A stretch of 63,119 bases of DNA, filler included, from Hausera hauseri (GCA_046269625.1; 10 parts of 10 records of this genome joined end to end with filler, not necessarily neighbours in it); one strand, 5' to 3'. Shown: positions 1 to 12,143, counted from the first letter of the whole stretch. Notes: generated from the sequence alone by a model not told the origin. Program-made: numbers and translations.

Positions 1-2
1 GA

Positions 3-3000
3 CCAAGTCATGACCGAAAAGCATTTTCTCTGCCCAAATACGACATTTCACCATCACCAATTGACAGTCATGTCGATGATGAGAAAAATGACAGAAAGAA
101 TGAATGGGATGTTTCCACATTTAGTTCAACAGATAGGTCAAATAAATCCACAATAACAGAGACTAAAGAAGTTAAACGACGAACAACTATAAAGAATAGT
201 AAGGTCTATACTTCACAAATGATTTCAGTGGAAGACAGTTCAAAGAATTCTGTAGATGGTGACGTAAATGGCAAACAGTCTGCTTCATCAAGAGGTAGAT
301 TAACTGCAGGTCGAAATATTATGAAGGCATCGGTACGAAAATCTTCTCTCATTAAAAGGTCATATTCAGAATCAGAGATGGGAAACGATGATGAAAGCAG
401 AAATGATGACATTCCAAAAATGATAAATAGAATATCAAATGCCAAAGGTAAATCCTCTCGCGACTCAGTTAAATTGACAGATAAGACAACTCAAAGCCAA
501 AGTTCATCTCGGAGAGTAAGCGAAGTGTCAGATGCTGAATTTAAAAGATCCAAAGGATCAGGAAGCAAAAGTCCAACGATCATCAAACAATCCGATTTTG
601 AATCGGTAGACACAAAGAAATCAGCCCGCCAATCAAGAAACCATACGTATAAAGACACTAAACGTTCAAGCATGAAGAAAGGGTCCGGTAGACATCGCGC
701 TGTTGAACTGGAATATTCTTTAGAATCGGAAAAGTCTACTGATACAGATGGTGAAAGTCAGAGTGCATTTAGACAATACAATTCGGAGACCGGAAAATAT
801 CACGTTGTTGATAGGACTCATTATAAGCAACCAGAAACATCTACTGAAGAAGAAGAAAGCAACGTTCCGAGCATAAAAGTATCCAATCGTAAACCGGGTA
901 TGCAACCAATTAAGTCAAAAGACCACAAATCACCACAAAGCCCAAGTATTTCCAATCAAAAAAGCACAAATGAAAAATCGATAGATAATGACGTATCATC
1001 GTATCAATCAACAAGTTTAAAAATAAAAACGAGTAAAAAATCAAGCAGAAAGTCCAATTTTGAAAACGAATTGGATCAAATATTAGAACACTCTGCAGAC
1101 GAAATCAGTAAAGGTCAAGGTATGGCGAAACAGCCAAGCGGTAAGTTTTCAGAGAAGGAGAAGCCGTCTCGACAATCAGAGAGATCTGTTAAAAGTGGAA
1201 AAAGCAGCAAGAAGCAAAACAAAGAGACGTTAGAAGATAGAAGAATACCTCATGTTGCAGGAGTATTAAATTACAAAGAAAGCAAAGAGACAAATAGGCA
1301 ATTCCTTACTACAAGAGAAAGTTATGATGAATCAAGAAGCTCGAAAGTAATGAAACCATACGACAGTAAATCTGAAGATGAAAGCAGTATAGAATCAAGT
1401 AACAAGTCTTCTATTGGAGAAAAAAGACTAGAAGAATCAGAAAGTATTGCTGAACGAAAAAGTAAAAGACCGAGTAGGAAAAATCGACTTAGCAGCAAAT
1501 CAACGGGTAAAGAAAGTTTTGAACCTAGCAAAGAATCATCTTCCGATAAGGAAAGTCGCAAACAATCCCGGAGTTCAATGGAAAGAAGGAGTAAATCTTC
1601 CAATATAACGAAAGAACGTGACAGTGACATAAAAGTCAAAGGCAGCGTTACACAAGATAAAAAATCTTTTGCAGAAAAGGAAAGTAAAAGAATTTCAGAT
1701 AATTCCCTTGACCCGGAAAACAGAGACTTAAGCCGAATGAAACAGTTTAGTAGTAAATCCAAAGGTAAAGACAGCTATGAATCTAGTATACAGTTACGCG
1801 CAAAATTAAGTCCGAAAGAACCAGAAAGTTCAGAAAACAGTAACAGTTTAAGCGTGATAAAAAATCACCAAAAGAAATCCATGACCAGAGATAACATACA
1901 CACCAAAGCGAAGTCTTCTAATAAAAGAAAGAGCGTCAAAGATTCAGAAAGTTCAGCTGAAGACAAAAGCAAAACTTTTAAATTGTCAAAGAAGCATAGC
2001 AGTAAGTTAAAAGGAAAAGAAAGCGTCGCACCAAGTAAAAGATCATTTGTAAAGGACAGTCGAGAATTGTCGGAGAGTTCATTTGATCTAGGAAGCAGAG
2101 GTGCAAGCACGATAAAACCATATACCAGTACACTGAAGGGTAAAGATGGCTTTGAATCCGGTAAAAGATCTTACATTGAAGTAGAATATCCTGGTTCCAT
2201 TGGTATGGAAGGCATTAGTCCAAATTTACCAAAGCAATATAGTGGTAAATCAAAAGGAAAAGACGACGTTGAACGAAAGAAAAAATCGTTAATAGAAAAA
2301 GAGAGTCATAAAGTACAGGATAGTTCTTTTGAAAGAGAAACCAAAGGTCCGAGTATGATTAAGCCACCAAAGCGTACAACAGATAGTGTTAAACCAACTA
2401 AAAATATATTCGTTGAAAAGGATAGCCACAGATCAACGGAGGGTTCCTTTGATTTAGGACACCAAAGTCCTAGCATGATGAAAAAATCTAATACAAAATC
2501 AAAGGGTAAAGATAGTACTAAACCAAAAAGAAAATCATCTGTTAAAAGAAAGAGCCGCAGAGAGTCAACAAGTTCTGTCGACAGAGAAAGCAAAAGTTCG
2601 AAAAAAACGAAGAAACATAAAAGTAAGTTGAAGAAAGGAGACAGTGTTAAATCAAGTAGAAAATCTTTTGAAGACAGTTCTTCGGAGAAAAATAATAAAG
2701 GTACAAACATGATGAAGCAACATCGCAGTAAGTCAAAGCGAAATGACAGCGTTAAAAGAAGCAGAAAGTCTTCAAAAAAGCGGAAAAGCTACAGCGAATC
2801 AGAAAGTTTTATAGATAAGGAAAGTATGAAGGGTGACCGGAGTAGGTCAAAGAGTAAAGACAGCTTTGTACAGACTGAGAAATCTTTTGTTGGACGACAG
2901 AGTCGTAAGTTGACCGAAGGAGGCAAAAGTCCGAGAATGACGAAACAGCATAACAGTAAGTCAAGGGGAAAAGGCAGCATTAAACCTAGCAGAAATTCGT

Positions 3001-5666
3001 CAATTAGGAATAGTCATGAGGATTTAGAAAGTTCAATTGAAAGAGGAAGCAAAAGTCCGAATATCGTAAAACAGCATAGATTTAAGACCAAGGAAAAAGA
3101 CAGCGTTGAACCTAATAAAAGGTATTCAGTTGAGAAAGAAGGTCGAAAATCGTCACAAAAATCTGTAGGGAAAATGAGCAAGGGTACCGGCATGGTGAGG
3201 GAACTTAGTAGTAAGTCAAAGGAAAAAGAGACTGTTGAACCAAGTAAAAAGTCCTTAATTGAAAAGGAAAGTCGTAGGTCTTCAGAGACAGATAAAAGAA
3301 GTGCCAGCATGAAGAAGCAACATAGCAGTAAATCCAAAGGTAAGGACAGTGTCGACTTTGGTAAAGTACCTTCTGTTAAAAGGAAAAGCCGCGAATCGTC
3401 GGAAAATTTAGTAGAAAGACAAAGCAAGGGTCCTAGTATGGTCAAACAACACCATAGTATGGAAAAGGGTCAGGAAAGCATTGAACCAAGGGAAAGCGGT
3501 AAACAATCAAAAAGTTCCAGAGGAGACGAATATCCCAGCTTGACAAAGCAACCAACCAGTTTGTCAGGAACTGAAAAGAAGTCATTTCTACAATCAATAA
3601 CTTCAAAAGTGAAGTCATTTAAGAGTCCTATTTCAAAGCAACAAAGCAAACAATCAATAGATGATGCAAAATCTTCACTCGGGTTAACAAATATTAAAAG
3701 CAAAGATAGCGACAGGCCTAGTAGCAAATCCACAGGTGATCGTGAATCATTTCCAATATCTGATGGGTCTCTACACAAACGACATAAAACTCCAAGTATG
3801 ACGAAAGAAGCTGTAACAAAATCGACATATGAAAAAGACAGCAAAAGAGTGTGGCCGGATCATAAGTCAATTCTCGAGAGAAAGTCATCTGTAGAGTCAG
3901 AAAGTACTGAAGGGACAGAAGGAAAGAGCTGGTATGCAGCGAAAAGGCCGACCGAAAAACATACAATTGAAAATCCGTCATCTCAAGAATCACTGGATTC
4001 ATACGAAACTGGTCGAAAGACATCTCAACTGGCCACCTCAAAATATATACCATCAAGTCTGAAAGAAATCTCCAAGTTTGTATCCACTGAATCCATCAAT
4101 GCGGAAGAAATTGAAATGGATCAGTCCGGCAATGTTGCAGTCGAACGACCGAAATCCAGATCACTTTTGAAGAAGCATCCAAAGAGCAAAACTCACACAG
4201 ATTTACGTTATTCCCAAAAACGGATTCAAACAACAGAGAAACCCAAAGAACAAAAACATTCTGTTAAAACCACATCTCCAGTATCTGATAAAAAATTAAA
4301 AGTCGCAAATTATGCCAAACAAGAAATAACCAAACCAACGTCCAAACGAAGTTTCTCAATAAAATCCATATCTTCAAAGGACAAGTCGAATGATCCACGA
4401 TATGGGAAACAGGTTATTAAGAAAAATAAGAAATTGAAAGGGCGATCTAAGGATTCACAGTTACAAATTGATTCTAGCGTACAAAGCGACTTGTCCAAAG
4501 TCAGCAGACCATCCAATATTATTAAACGCAAAAAATCCAGTAAAGTTCCATCTGATAAGAGCGTTTCAGAATCGTCAAATAAAACCAAGGATTCGGCGAT
4601 TCGTCAATCAAGGAAAAAGAAATCTTTCAAATCGCGACGAGGGAAAAGAATTTCGGTTGACTCTCAAAGTTCACCAGACGATAAACTTGCGAGTATTAAA
4701 TCTGACGGTAAGCCCTCATCGAAATCTCTATCAATCATTTCAAAACGTAAATCGAAGTCCAAACCACAAAAACGTAGTAAAATCAAAAAGTCCTTATCGA
4801 TTTCTTCAAAACGGTCATCTAAAAAGTCCAAAAGCACAAAACCAGATTCTGAAACAAATTCCGTAATGGTCACAACGGATGAAGGCAGTACAGAGTCTCT
4901 TTCACGAAAGAAATTTCGAAAAAGTACTGAAAGCAGTAATGAAGATAAGATCACTGAATCTGCTGGCTCTAAGGGGAGACAATCGCAGTCGTCAGTTACA
5001 TCCAGCAGCACTTCAAGGAAACAGAAACGTTTAAAATGCAGACGTCGGAAACGGCGTTCAAGAGACCGAAAATCGTCTAGAAGTAGTAGACTCGGTAGAA
5101 AGAGAAGTCGACGTAGAAAACGGCAGAAACGATCACGAGCAAAATCTTCCTCAGAGTCATCTGATACATCACCCGAAAACGAAAGTTTTATATTAGAAAC
5201 GGAAGATGGAAGGCAGAAGATTAGAAAAGTAACAGCTGACTTTCTAACAACAACAACAACAACAACAACTGACACATCTGATGATCATTTTGTTCAAAAG
5301 CATAAAAAATCTAAAGGCAAGATTAAGGAATCAATTTTATCGCAAAAGTCCGTTAATTCGGATGGTACCAATAAGAATCTCGACGATCGTGCAGTTCAAA
5401 CTGGTCGGTTAATAATTTATAACAGTGCGGCACCAGACACAGTTTTCAACAAAACCAACTCATTCAATCGCAAACAGAACTTATCGCTGTCTGGTCGAGA
5501 AATGGAACTCATCCCCGAAAATAAGCAAGAGAGAGAATCGTTTTTATCGGATGAAAACTCGAAAATATCACAGGTTTCAAGCATATCGATGAAAAAGCCG
5601 TTTAAGCAAATGTTACGAGATATACAGATCGAGTCGTTCAGATACCGATTTTGTCTATTTGCTTAG
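3..5666 (+). CDS. Very long Ser/Lys/Arg-rich low-complexity protein, 5'-truncated (>1880 aa), with internal repeats and an Arg-rich protamine-like patch
   Basis: The frame of ORF 219..5666 is open from base 3 and runs 5.6 kb without a stop in AT-rich DNA. RKQKRLKCRRRKRRSRDRK..RKRSRRRKRQKRSR lies near 5015-5140. It may continue by splicing into 5667-6090. Confidence 0.8.
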   Translation, partial: PSHDRKAFSLPKYDISPSPIDSHVDDEKNDRKNEWDVSTFSSTDRSNKSTITETKEVKRRTTIKNSKVYTSQMISVEDSSKNSVDGDVNGKQSASSRGRLTAGRNIMKASVRKSSLIKRSYSESEMGNDDESRNDDIPKMINRISNAKGKSSRDSVKLTDKTTQSQSSSRRVSEVSDAEFKRSKGSGSKSPTIIKQSDFESVDTKKSARQSRNHTYKDTKRSSMKKGSGRHRAVELEYSLESEKSTDTDGESQSAFRQYNSETGKYHVVDRTHYKQPETSTEEEESNVPSIKVSNRKPGMQPIKSKDHKSPQSPSISNQKSTNEKSIDNDVSSYQSTSLKIKTSKKSSRKSNFENELDQILEHSADEISKGQGMAKQPSGKFSEKEKPSRQSERSVKSGKSSKKQNKETLEDRRIPHVAGVLNYKESKETNRQFLTTRESYDESRSSKVMKPYDSKSEDESSIESSNKSSIGEKRLEESESIAERKSKRPSRKNRLSSKSTGKESFEPSKESSSDKESRKQSRSSMERRSKSSNITKERDSDIKVKGSVTQDKKSFAEKESKRISDNSLDPENRDLSRMKQFSSKSKGKDSYESSIQLRAKLSPKEPESSENSNSLSVIKNHQKKSMTRDNIHTKAKSSNKRKSVKDSESSAEDKSKTFKLSKKHSSKLKGKESVAPSKRSFVKDSRELSESSFDLGSRGASTIKPYTSTLKGKDGFESGKRSYIEVEYPGSIGMEGISPNLPKQYSGKSKGKDDVERKKKSLIEKESHKVQDSSFERETKGPSMIKPPKRTTDSVKPTKNIFVEKDSHRSTEGSFDLGHQSPSMMKKSNTKSKGKDSTKPKRKSSVKRKSRRESTSSVDRESKSSKKTKKHKSKLKKGDSVKSSRKSFEDSSSEKNNKGTNMMKQHRSKSKRNDSVKRSRKSSKKRKSYSESESFIDKESMKGDRSRSKSKDSFVQTEKSFVGRQSRKLTEGGKSPRMTKQHNSKSRGKGSIKPSRNSSIRNSHEDLESSIERGSKSPNIVKQHRFKTKEKDSVEPNKRYSVEKEGRKSSQKSVGKMSKGTGMVRELSSKSKEKETVEPSKKSLIEKESRRSSETDKRSASMKKQHSSKSKGKDSVDFGKVPSVKRKSRESSENLVERQSKGPSMVKQHHSMEKGQESIEPRESGKQSKSSRGDEYPSLTKQPTSLSGTEKKSFLQSITSKVKSFKSPISKQQSKQSIDDAKSSLGLTNIKSKDSDRPSSKSTGDRESFPISDGSLHKRHKTPSMTKEAVTKSTYEKDSKRVWPDHKSILERKSSVESESTEGTEGKSWYAAKRPTEKHTIENPSSQESLDSYETGRKTSQLATSKYIPSSLKEISKFVSTESINAEEIEMDQSGNVAVERPKSRSLLKKHPKSKTHTDLRYSQKRIQTTEKPKEQKHSVKTTSPVSDKKLKVANYAKQEITKPTSKRSFSIKSISSKDKSNDPRYGKQVIKKNKKLKGRSKDSQLQIDSSVQSDLSKVSRPSNIIKRKKSSKVPSDKSVSESSNKTKDSAIRQSRKKKSFKSRRGKRISVDSQSSPDDKLASIKSDGKPSSKSLSIISKRKSKSKPQKRSKIKKSLSISSKRSSKKSKSTKPDSETNSVMVTTDEGSTESLSRKKFRKSTESSNEDKITESAGSKGRQSQSSVTSSSTSRKQKRLKCRRRKRRSRDRKSSRSSRLGRKRSRRRKRQKRSRAKSSSESSDTSPENESFILETEDGRQKIRKVTADFLTTTTTTTTDTSDDHFVQKHKKSKGKIKESILSQKSVNSDGTNKNLDDRAVQTGRLIIYNSAAPDTVFNKTNSFNRKQNLSLSGREMELIPENKQERESFLSDENSKISQVSSISMKKPFKQMLRDIQIESFRYRFCLFA
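1100..3900 (+). repeat. Degenerate ~129-nt (43-aa) coding tandem repeat
   Basis: Unit resembles SMxKQHSSKSKGKDSVEPSKKSxVEKESRESSExxxERxSKGP; ATGs at 3309 and 3438 are 129 nt apart. Boundaries approximate. Confidence 0.75.
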
Positions 5667-6307
5667 ACAGGGGTGCTCGCCACCACAAGTCTATTGGGCG
5701 ATTACATCTGAAATCTGCACTGTTATTTGAATCAGATTCATAAGCTCTCCTGCAATGGCTATGAAATCTCATAGAAAACCTAATTACACTTCGAGATGAA
5801 ATGGAAAATTTAGAAAATCACATGTCTAAGACCACAATATTATTCACTAAGACGAAGTGCTTCATCGACACCAATATCTTCAAACAGTTTGAAAAGTTTT
5901 CCATACCAACTAAATCGGAATTATCCAGCCATAGTTCAGAAAATCCCGGTACAGCAAAACCGCCATTCGTCGTGTATCTCGCAGTCCGCAGAATAAAAAT
6001 GGGTCAAGAATTCAAGACAATTATTTTCCAGAACCTCCAATGGATTTGTTGTTGGAACTTAATGATTATTTTAACTATGGATTTGTAAACCTTACAGATG
6101 AACCATTCGTAATGTCATGTTTTCCACAATGATGACTCATGCTGTCAATACACCACTGATGATGGGAATGACGTAATACTAAAATATCGTGATAAATATG
6201 GATTAACATCTTCACCATATTTGATAAAGGATGATATTGATGAAAATACAAAAAATAAAGAACCTGTGTTGAAGTATTGTATATAGATACATATGAGCGT
6301 ATATATC

Positions 6308-6386
6308 CAGTAGGGCGAAATGGGGATTCTATCCCACACCCGGGTGGTGTGTGCGTCCATAAATCGATAGTGCACAGGTGCTAGTC
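6308..6386 (+). mobile_element. Terminal part of a TIR/MITE family also seen at 26670-26968 and 29750-30008
   Basis: cagtagggcgaaatg...ccgggtggtgtgtgcg..ataaatc matches the reverse complement of 26905-26968. Confidence 0.6.
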
Positions 6387-6486
6387 NNNNNNNNNNNNNN
6401 NNNNNNNNNNNNNNNNNNNNNNNNNNNNNNTTAATTAATTAANNNNNNNNNNNNNNNNNNNNNNNNNNNNNNNNNNNNNNNNNNNN
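6387..6486. other. Artificial contig spacer (N-TTAATTAATTAA-N)
   Basis: 100 nt of Ns around a six-frame-stop linker. Confidence 0.99.
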
Positions 6487-6733
6487 AGAACAGCTCCAGT
6501 GATTGACGAAAAGCAACTGGCATCGCTACTGTCGACGCCTAATTTGGATTTTTGTTTTAGAATTGAATTATTATTGTCTTTTATAATTGAATATTACCGA
6601 CTTCATCGGAAGTTTTTTATAGATGACGAAACGTTCAACATATCCACAGATGAGTGTCATGAATTGTTCGCTAAATTGTCAACGCGACACATGTTTGGAG
6701 TTGCAATTGAGTTCCTTCTTAAAAGCCGTATTT

Positions 6734-7010
6734 TCAATGGACCAATAGATCATGGGCGGCAAGGAAATCTAAGCCTATTATAGGAGATTTAATGTTGGCC
6801 ACGTGGAACTTCCAGAAAAACTTATCTGGCAAGTTGGCGAATGCGAAAGTCAATTCCGTGATTCCTGCAACGTGTAACAGTTGACCATTGGCAGTGAAAA
6901 GCGGTGGACAGTATATCATAGTCGATGTGGGAGCAAAGGACAAGGAAATGAGCGAAAAGGGAGCTCCTGAGTCTATAAGGTAGTTGATATATGAAGTATC
7001 TCTTCATAAC
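6734..7010 (-). pseudogene. Retropepsin (LTR retrotransposon aspartic protease) remnant
   Basis: YLIDSGAPFSL, LFTANG, FFWKFHVANIKSPIIGLDFLAAHDLLV; frameshifted; no RT follows. Confidence 0.85.
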
Positions 7011-7174
7011 AGTACAGTTTTCAACAGAAACACTGCAGAGGCGGTGTTGAAACGACCAGAAGTTTGAGCAATATTGCCTGCGCCAGAATGTGCCGTAAAA
7101 TCTGGCGGCATTATTAATTTTTTGAAGGTTTTGGAGAAAAGGAAGAAGAGGAAGAAAAGCGAGGAGATTTATCG

Positions 7175-8184
7175 TTGTAATGTTTACAATCAGGCACGCA
7201 TGACCTAGCCGGTTACTGTAACTTATTGTGGTAAATACAAATAGGGTTGTTCACAGTGTACCGTTCGCTGTAGAACCGACAACCCAAAAAGCACTTCCTA
7301 GCATCCCTTCGAAATCGCGTGTGATAGAAGCAAGTCATGCGTCCTCCAGGTAAAATGGATGAATAAGAGTGTCTAAAAATGCTTCTCTTCCTTGAAGGTC
7401 TGTTTTCACTTCGTCCAGGCCCATTATGATTATTCAGTTGGGTAGTAATGGTCGAAATCGACTGCTGCAACTTGTCAAACTTGCTGCATCATTTGCAATT
7501 GTTTAGTGAAAAATGTGGTATCTGTAGTTGGAGCACATGTAGTTACAGCTGCAATAGGGAGAGAACTGTTGGTATTAAGAATCTCAAAGTATTTGTCAGC
7601 CGTTACTGCCAGTTGTTCGATGGCAGTGGACTCGTCGACAACGCTGAGTAAGGCTCTGATTGAGATGGGCAAGGAGGAAAAGAAATAACGGCGAATTAAA
7701 TCCGCGTTATTCATAGGTGCCACTCCTAGCGCGTTGAGATGCAGAATAGCTTTTGGAGAAAGTCGGATGGCTTTTGGTTTCCTATGGTGTGGTCATTAAA
7801 ATTCTTTTGTATTATATTGTCAATCGAAGGATCCGCGACATGCAGTACAGCTTCACAGAGTGGCTCGTAAGGTGTCGAGGACTGTAGCAGCTCGAAGATG
7901 TTATTAATCTACTGCTTGACGTTGGCTCGAACAAAAGAATTTATGATGTTGTTCGATTTTAGCCACTGCTGGTGGAATTGGAGCCATGGTTTGCTGGAGT
8001 TGCTTTTGTCGAGGAAAAATTCAACACAAGATAAATTTAATGAACCTCGTGACTGTTGGGAGTGTGGCAGACGATAGACGTTGCTTGTATTCGTGTATTT
8101 ATCATCCGAGAAGGATGGATTTGAGTGCGATCCGCCACGAAGGCAAAATGGAGCACCAGATGGATGATGGGACGTTCGTGGCAT
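7175..8184 (-). pseudogene. Ty3/Gypsy CsRn1-like gag remnant with two CHCC-type zinc motifs
   Basis: KPWLQFHQQWL, KPSDF, LIRRYFFSSLPISIRALL, CFYHTRFRRDARKCFLGC and CIYH...ARSCVPDC; homologous to 17320-18330. Confidence 0.8.
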
Positions 8185-8879
8185 GTAAAAAGCAAAAGGG
8201 AGTCGGAAGGATGTATTATAAGCCCTTGATATATAAAATAGAAATCAGAAGTGTTATATTATGAGGACAAAGCGTTATATAAGAACTGTGCTGTCTCGTT
8301 GAGTGGAGCTTTTAAGGTTATAATGTGTTGATTGTAGCAAAAGACCAGGAAAGATAATTGTAATGAGGTCATCTCAAAGGAACAATGAAATGTACTGGGG
8401 GCTTGGGCGGTTACCTTTCGGGTTAAGAAGCCGTTCGAGCGTACATCCGGGATAGCGGTGGCAAATGATGATTGGGGTAAAGAAATATACAAAGATGTTA
8501 AGCTTAGAAACCCTTTAAAATGAAAAAGGTTTAAGCCAGGAAGGATCTGCATATGCGCAAAAAATGGTCACAATGGTGGAGGCAAATCAATGAAAAAAAT
8601 CTCACCCATCTGTATTTGAAGGTGGTTTTGCTGAACGCCATGACAGTATCCTCATTATGACCAATCATTGACGATGTGGTTTTGATACAAAATGACTGCG
8701 TTGAGCAATTTTCACCAGGACCGAATGTTGTTAAATTGATATGGGCGCCGTGTGACTTGATCTGTCTTTGTTGTGAGAGTATAATATTATCTGCGACTTG
8801 AGGAGCCATTCCTTCATTTAGAAAAGCTTTTACATCGCTATAATCACTTTTGCCACTCATTTTTTAACAGATGATGCTC

Positions 8880-11800
8880 GATCAGAAAGAAGAGAATTAA
8901 TTGATAAATATCCAAGATGGAAAAGAAAAGGCTTCAGTGCAGTTTGAACGTCATACACTGGCGTAAGTCTTTTACACAAAATATCTGTATTATTTCTTCT
9001 CGAATTACGAACTATAATATCCGATACTTTTATCATGTTCGTTCTCTTTACATTCTCAAAAATAGCAGCTTCGATCTATCTTCTATAGCTATTGTTTAAA
9101 TAGAACGAAATGAAACTACTGGATAACCAATTGCTCAGAATCCGTATCACATTTACAAAATTATTCGGAGACAGAGCTAGACAAAAGAGTAAAATCAACC
9201 TTGCCGGAGAACTGGAATCAATTATTCTATAAAGAAGATTTTGGGATGATTGTATCTGGTCAATTAGAGATGATGAGGTGCTGGATTTTCGTGTTTCGGT
9301 TAATGCAGGAAATGAATTGTGATCATCGAATATATTATAAAGAATAACATTTTTGGTTTCATTGTGCCAATGGAGCTGTACGGACTAAAGTTACAATCCT
9401 CAAAAGTCTAATAAGAAGTTCAAAAATGTTGCCAGCTTTATTTCGATCATCTGATAATGGAAACGGCATCCAATATACGTGTCCGGTGGCATACATTGGT
9501 GGACAATTGTAAATGGCAACAATGTCTCTAAGAAATGATAGAACATTCAGAGTTTTTGTTTTCTTCAGGATGTGGAATTGATTGGAAAATTAACTTAAAG
9601 GTAATGGACGTACATAAACGATTGCAAATGAATTGAATCACACAGTTTGCAAATATTTTTAAGGAAAACTTTTGAGCCTGTTGCATCTGAGCATTGCACT
9701 GGAGAGCGATCCAACAATTTAGTCGTCTAACTTCCAAAACCAGAAGTCTGACGCAAATGCAAAATTTCAACAGAAAAACCCCTAACAAGTAAATTCCCTC
9801 GAATTAGAGTTGCATTTTCGAAATAACGCATGTATTCCAGAAATTTGAGACGAGATAAGTCGTGGAGTATTAATCAAATTAAACCCATTTTCTTTTTTTA
9901 TGTAGTCGGCATATTGAATTAGTACAGCTCTATTTAATTCTGCACACAACCCATCGTCCATAATTGAATCATTCTCAATATTAGCAATTTTTTTGTTTTT
10001 GATATTAACTATTGTCTTTCGAACATTTGGCATAAATAACAGTGAGCTCAGTACAGAATGAAAAACTCGAGATGACCCTTTCATACATGACAAGAAGTCT
10101 AACTGTTCATTCGTTGAATTTTTGTCATACTCTATTTGCTTGAGTCCCGTTTTACCTTGAAGATATGAGAACGAATGTCGAAGCTTTTTGTTCAGCAAAC
10201 ACCGACTGCACTCTTGACAATAAGTCGATTGAAATTGTTGTAAATGATAAGATATTATATCATAATTTTGATCCATTTTTTTGAAACCAGAAGTGGAATT
10301 GAATAAGAGTCCTGATAAACTCTACTCAAATTTATGTTCGTAGAGATTTTTCTTTAAGACTGCGTCGGCTTATTTGTTGCGGAATTACTGAACAACCTTT
10401 GATTTGAACCTAGTTTTCTTACATTTCGACTTTGCGGTGAAAATGACCTTGGCGATCCACTCGGTCGACGATCAAGAGTAATATCACTGATATTACTCGA
10501 TTTCAGTTTATTTACGGGTCTTTGCAATGAATGGTTTTAAGTTACCGATTGGATGTGATAGAAAATTATTTTCCGTATATTCGTGATAAAGATCCAATCT
10601 CTGATACATAATCAAGTTAAGGATCTCGAATCGAGTTTTGTGACCATTGAGGTTGACATCAAGTAACGTCAGCAGGTTATCAAATTGTTCTTTGGAAAGA
10701 TTATATGAGATAATGTCAGTCTTGCATCCAACAATCTTCAACAGACATAATATTTGGCGTGGAAAAATAGTCCCATTCGGAACTCTGATGTCACAGAATT
10801 CAGGAAATGTTGTTGCAGAAAAGTTTGAGTCAAACGGTGGAAGTCTGAGTAAAGTTCGATACCGAGTACCGCCTCCTCCACTGGAGCATAAACTGGCAAC
10901 ACACCTGTCAAGACTTAAGTCTCCACTATCAACAAAAATCGATAAATTTTCATTCACGTATTTTTTCCACAACTCTTCAACTCTCTCTATAAGAATAAAA
11001 CTTCCATCCAATCCAGGGTATTCTTTTCCGCTTCTTGGAGATTTGCAGATCCATAAATTCCAATTATCATTCCCCAACCAAAATGGCGTAAATTTAATCG
11101 AATCTTGCATAAATTCCATGATATCAAACAACGTGCATTTCACATTATAATTCGATGCCGTTTCAATGTGCTTACCTTTTATCAACTGATTATCGTTTGT
11201 ACTAAAATTGTGTAAATATGTAAAAATATCACTGGAAAAGACGATATTTAAGCGTCCCGATTTGGAGAAGTTTAGAAAACTCGTATCTGATAAACACTGT
11301 TTGGTTGAATCAAAATTAAATCATCAACTAACATTAGAGACGTGGGAATGATGATGAACTTGAATATTATATCACTCGCAGTATGTTGGATTGTATTGGA
11401 AATTTTCTTTTTGAATTGATCCGTGTTGAATTGGCCTCGATACCACAGAGTCACAGAAACATCATATGGTTCTTCCACTGAACAATCATTTTCAATCACA
11501 CTGCTCAATGAAGTTTGTCAGAAATATATCTTTACTGGTATTTAATTTTGGTAAGCAAGAACTTTTAATGACCAAAGGATCTGATGACATTCGATAAATC
11601 AGTTGCACCGTGAAAATTGCTATGACCTCATTTGGAATTCCATGTGCAGCAGTTTGGTTATAGAGATAGATTTCACCATGTTGATCTTTACTCAAAAACA
11701 ACCTTTCAGACAATAATGAATCACTGAGCTTTGGTGATACAAAATGGAGTTGAAAATTTTGTTTTAAATAACAACAAAACGCCAACAAATTTTCTGCGGC

Positions 11801-12142
11801 TAAGGCTGGAACAGACCATGAAAATTGTTTGGGACTTTGGGGTTTATTGCTGTAATCTTCACTAAGAAGAAAATCCAAGTCTTCTTTGTTCAGCGAAACA
11901 ACGGAATTCCGAGATATGAATTCCGATAACTGTCGTAATACGAATGAATCGATTTTTCATCCAATATTTAAAATAATTGAGTTTAGCATGTCGTTATTGG
12001 GTTTTTTGACTCGGTGTATCGATAATTTAAGAAGCTTGCTTAATTTCGGAATGAAATTCACTTGATTAGTTATTTTTTGGAACATCTTTCAACGTACTGA
12101 AAAGAGGAGCCGATTTTATTGACATTATAACAATTTTCCAAC
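8880..12142 (-). pseudogene. SZT2: Decayed internal/C-terminal fragment of SZT2 (KICSTOR subunit)
   Basis: Colinear motifs recalled from SZT2: KIDSFVLRQL..SLNKEDLDFL, YLKQNF..FVSPK, IYLYNQ, TLWYRGQFN, PRQILCLL..ISYNL, RFEILNLIMYQRLDLYH, LNRAVLIQYADYI. In-frame stops and frameshifts present; 3' boundary approximate. Confidence 0.75.
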
Positions 12143-12143
12143 A

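Noticed and set aside
206-5275. Many Leu/Ser/Phe-rich minus-strand ORFs
   Set aside because: They are antisense shadows of the K/S/E-rich plus-strand ORF.
8259-8860. Two ORFs between SZT2 and gag as a named gene
   Set aside because: No recognisable motif. They could be another captured fragment or leader sequence.
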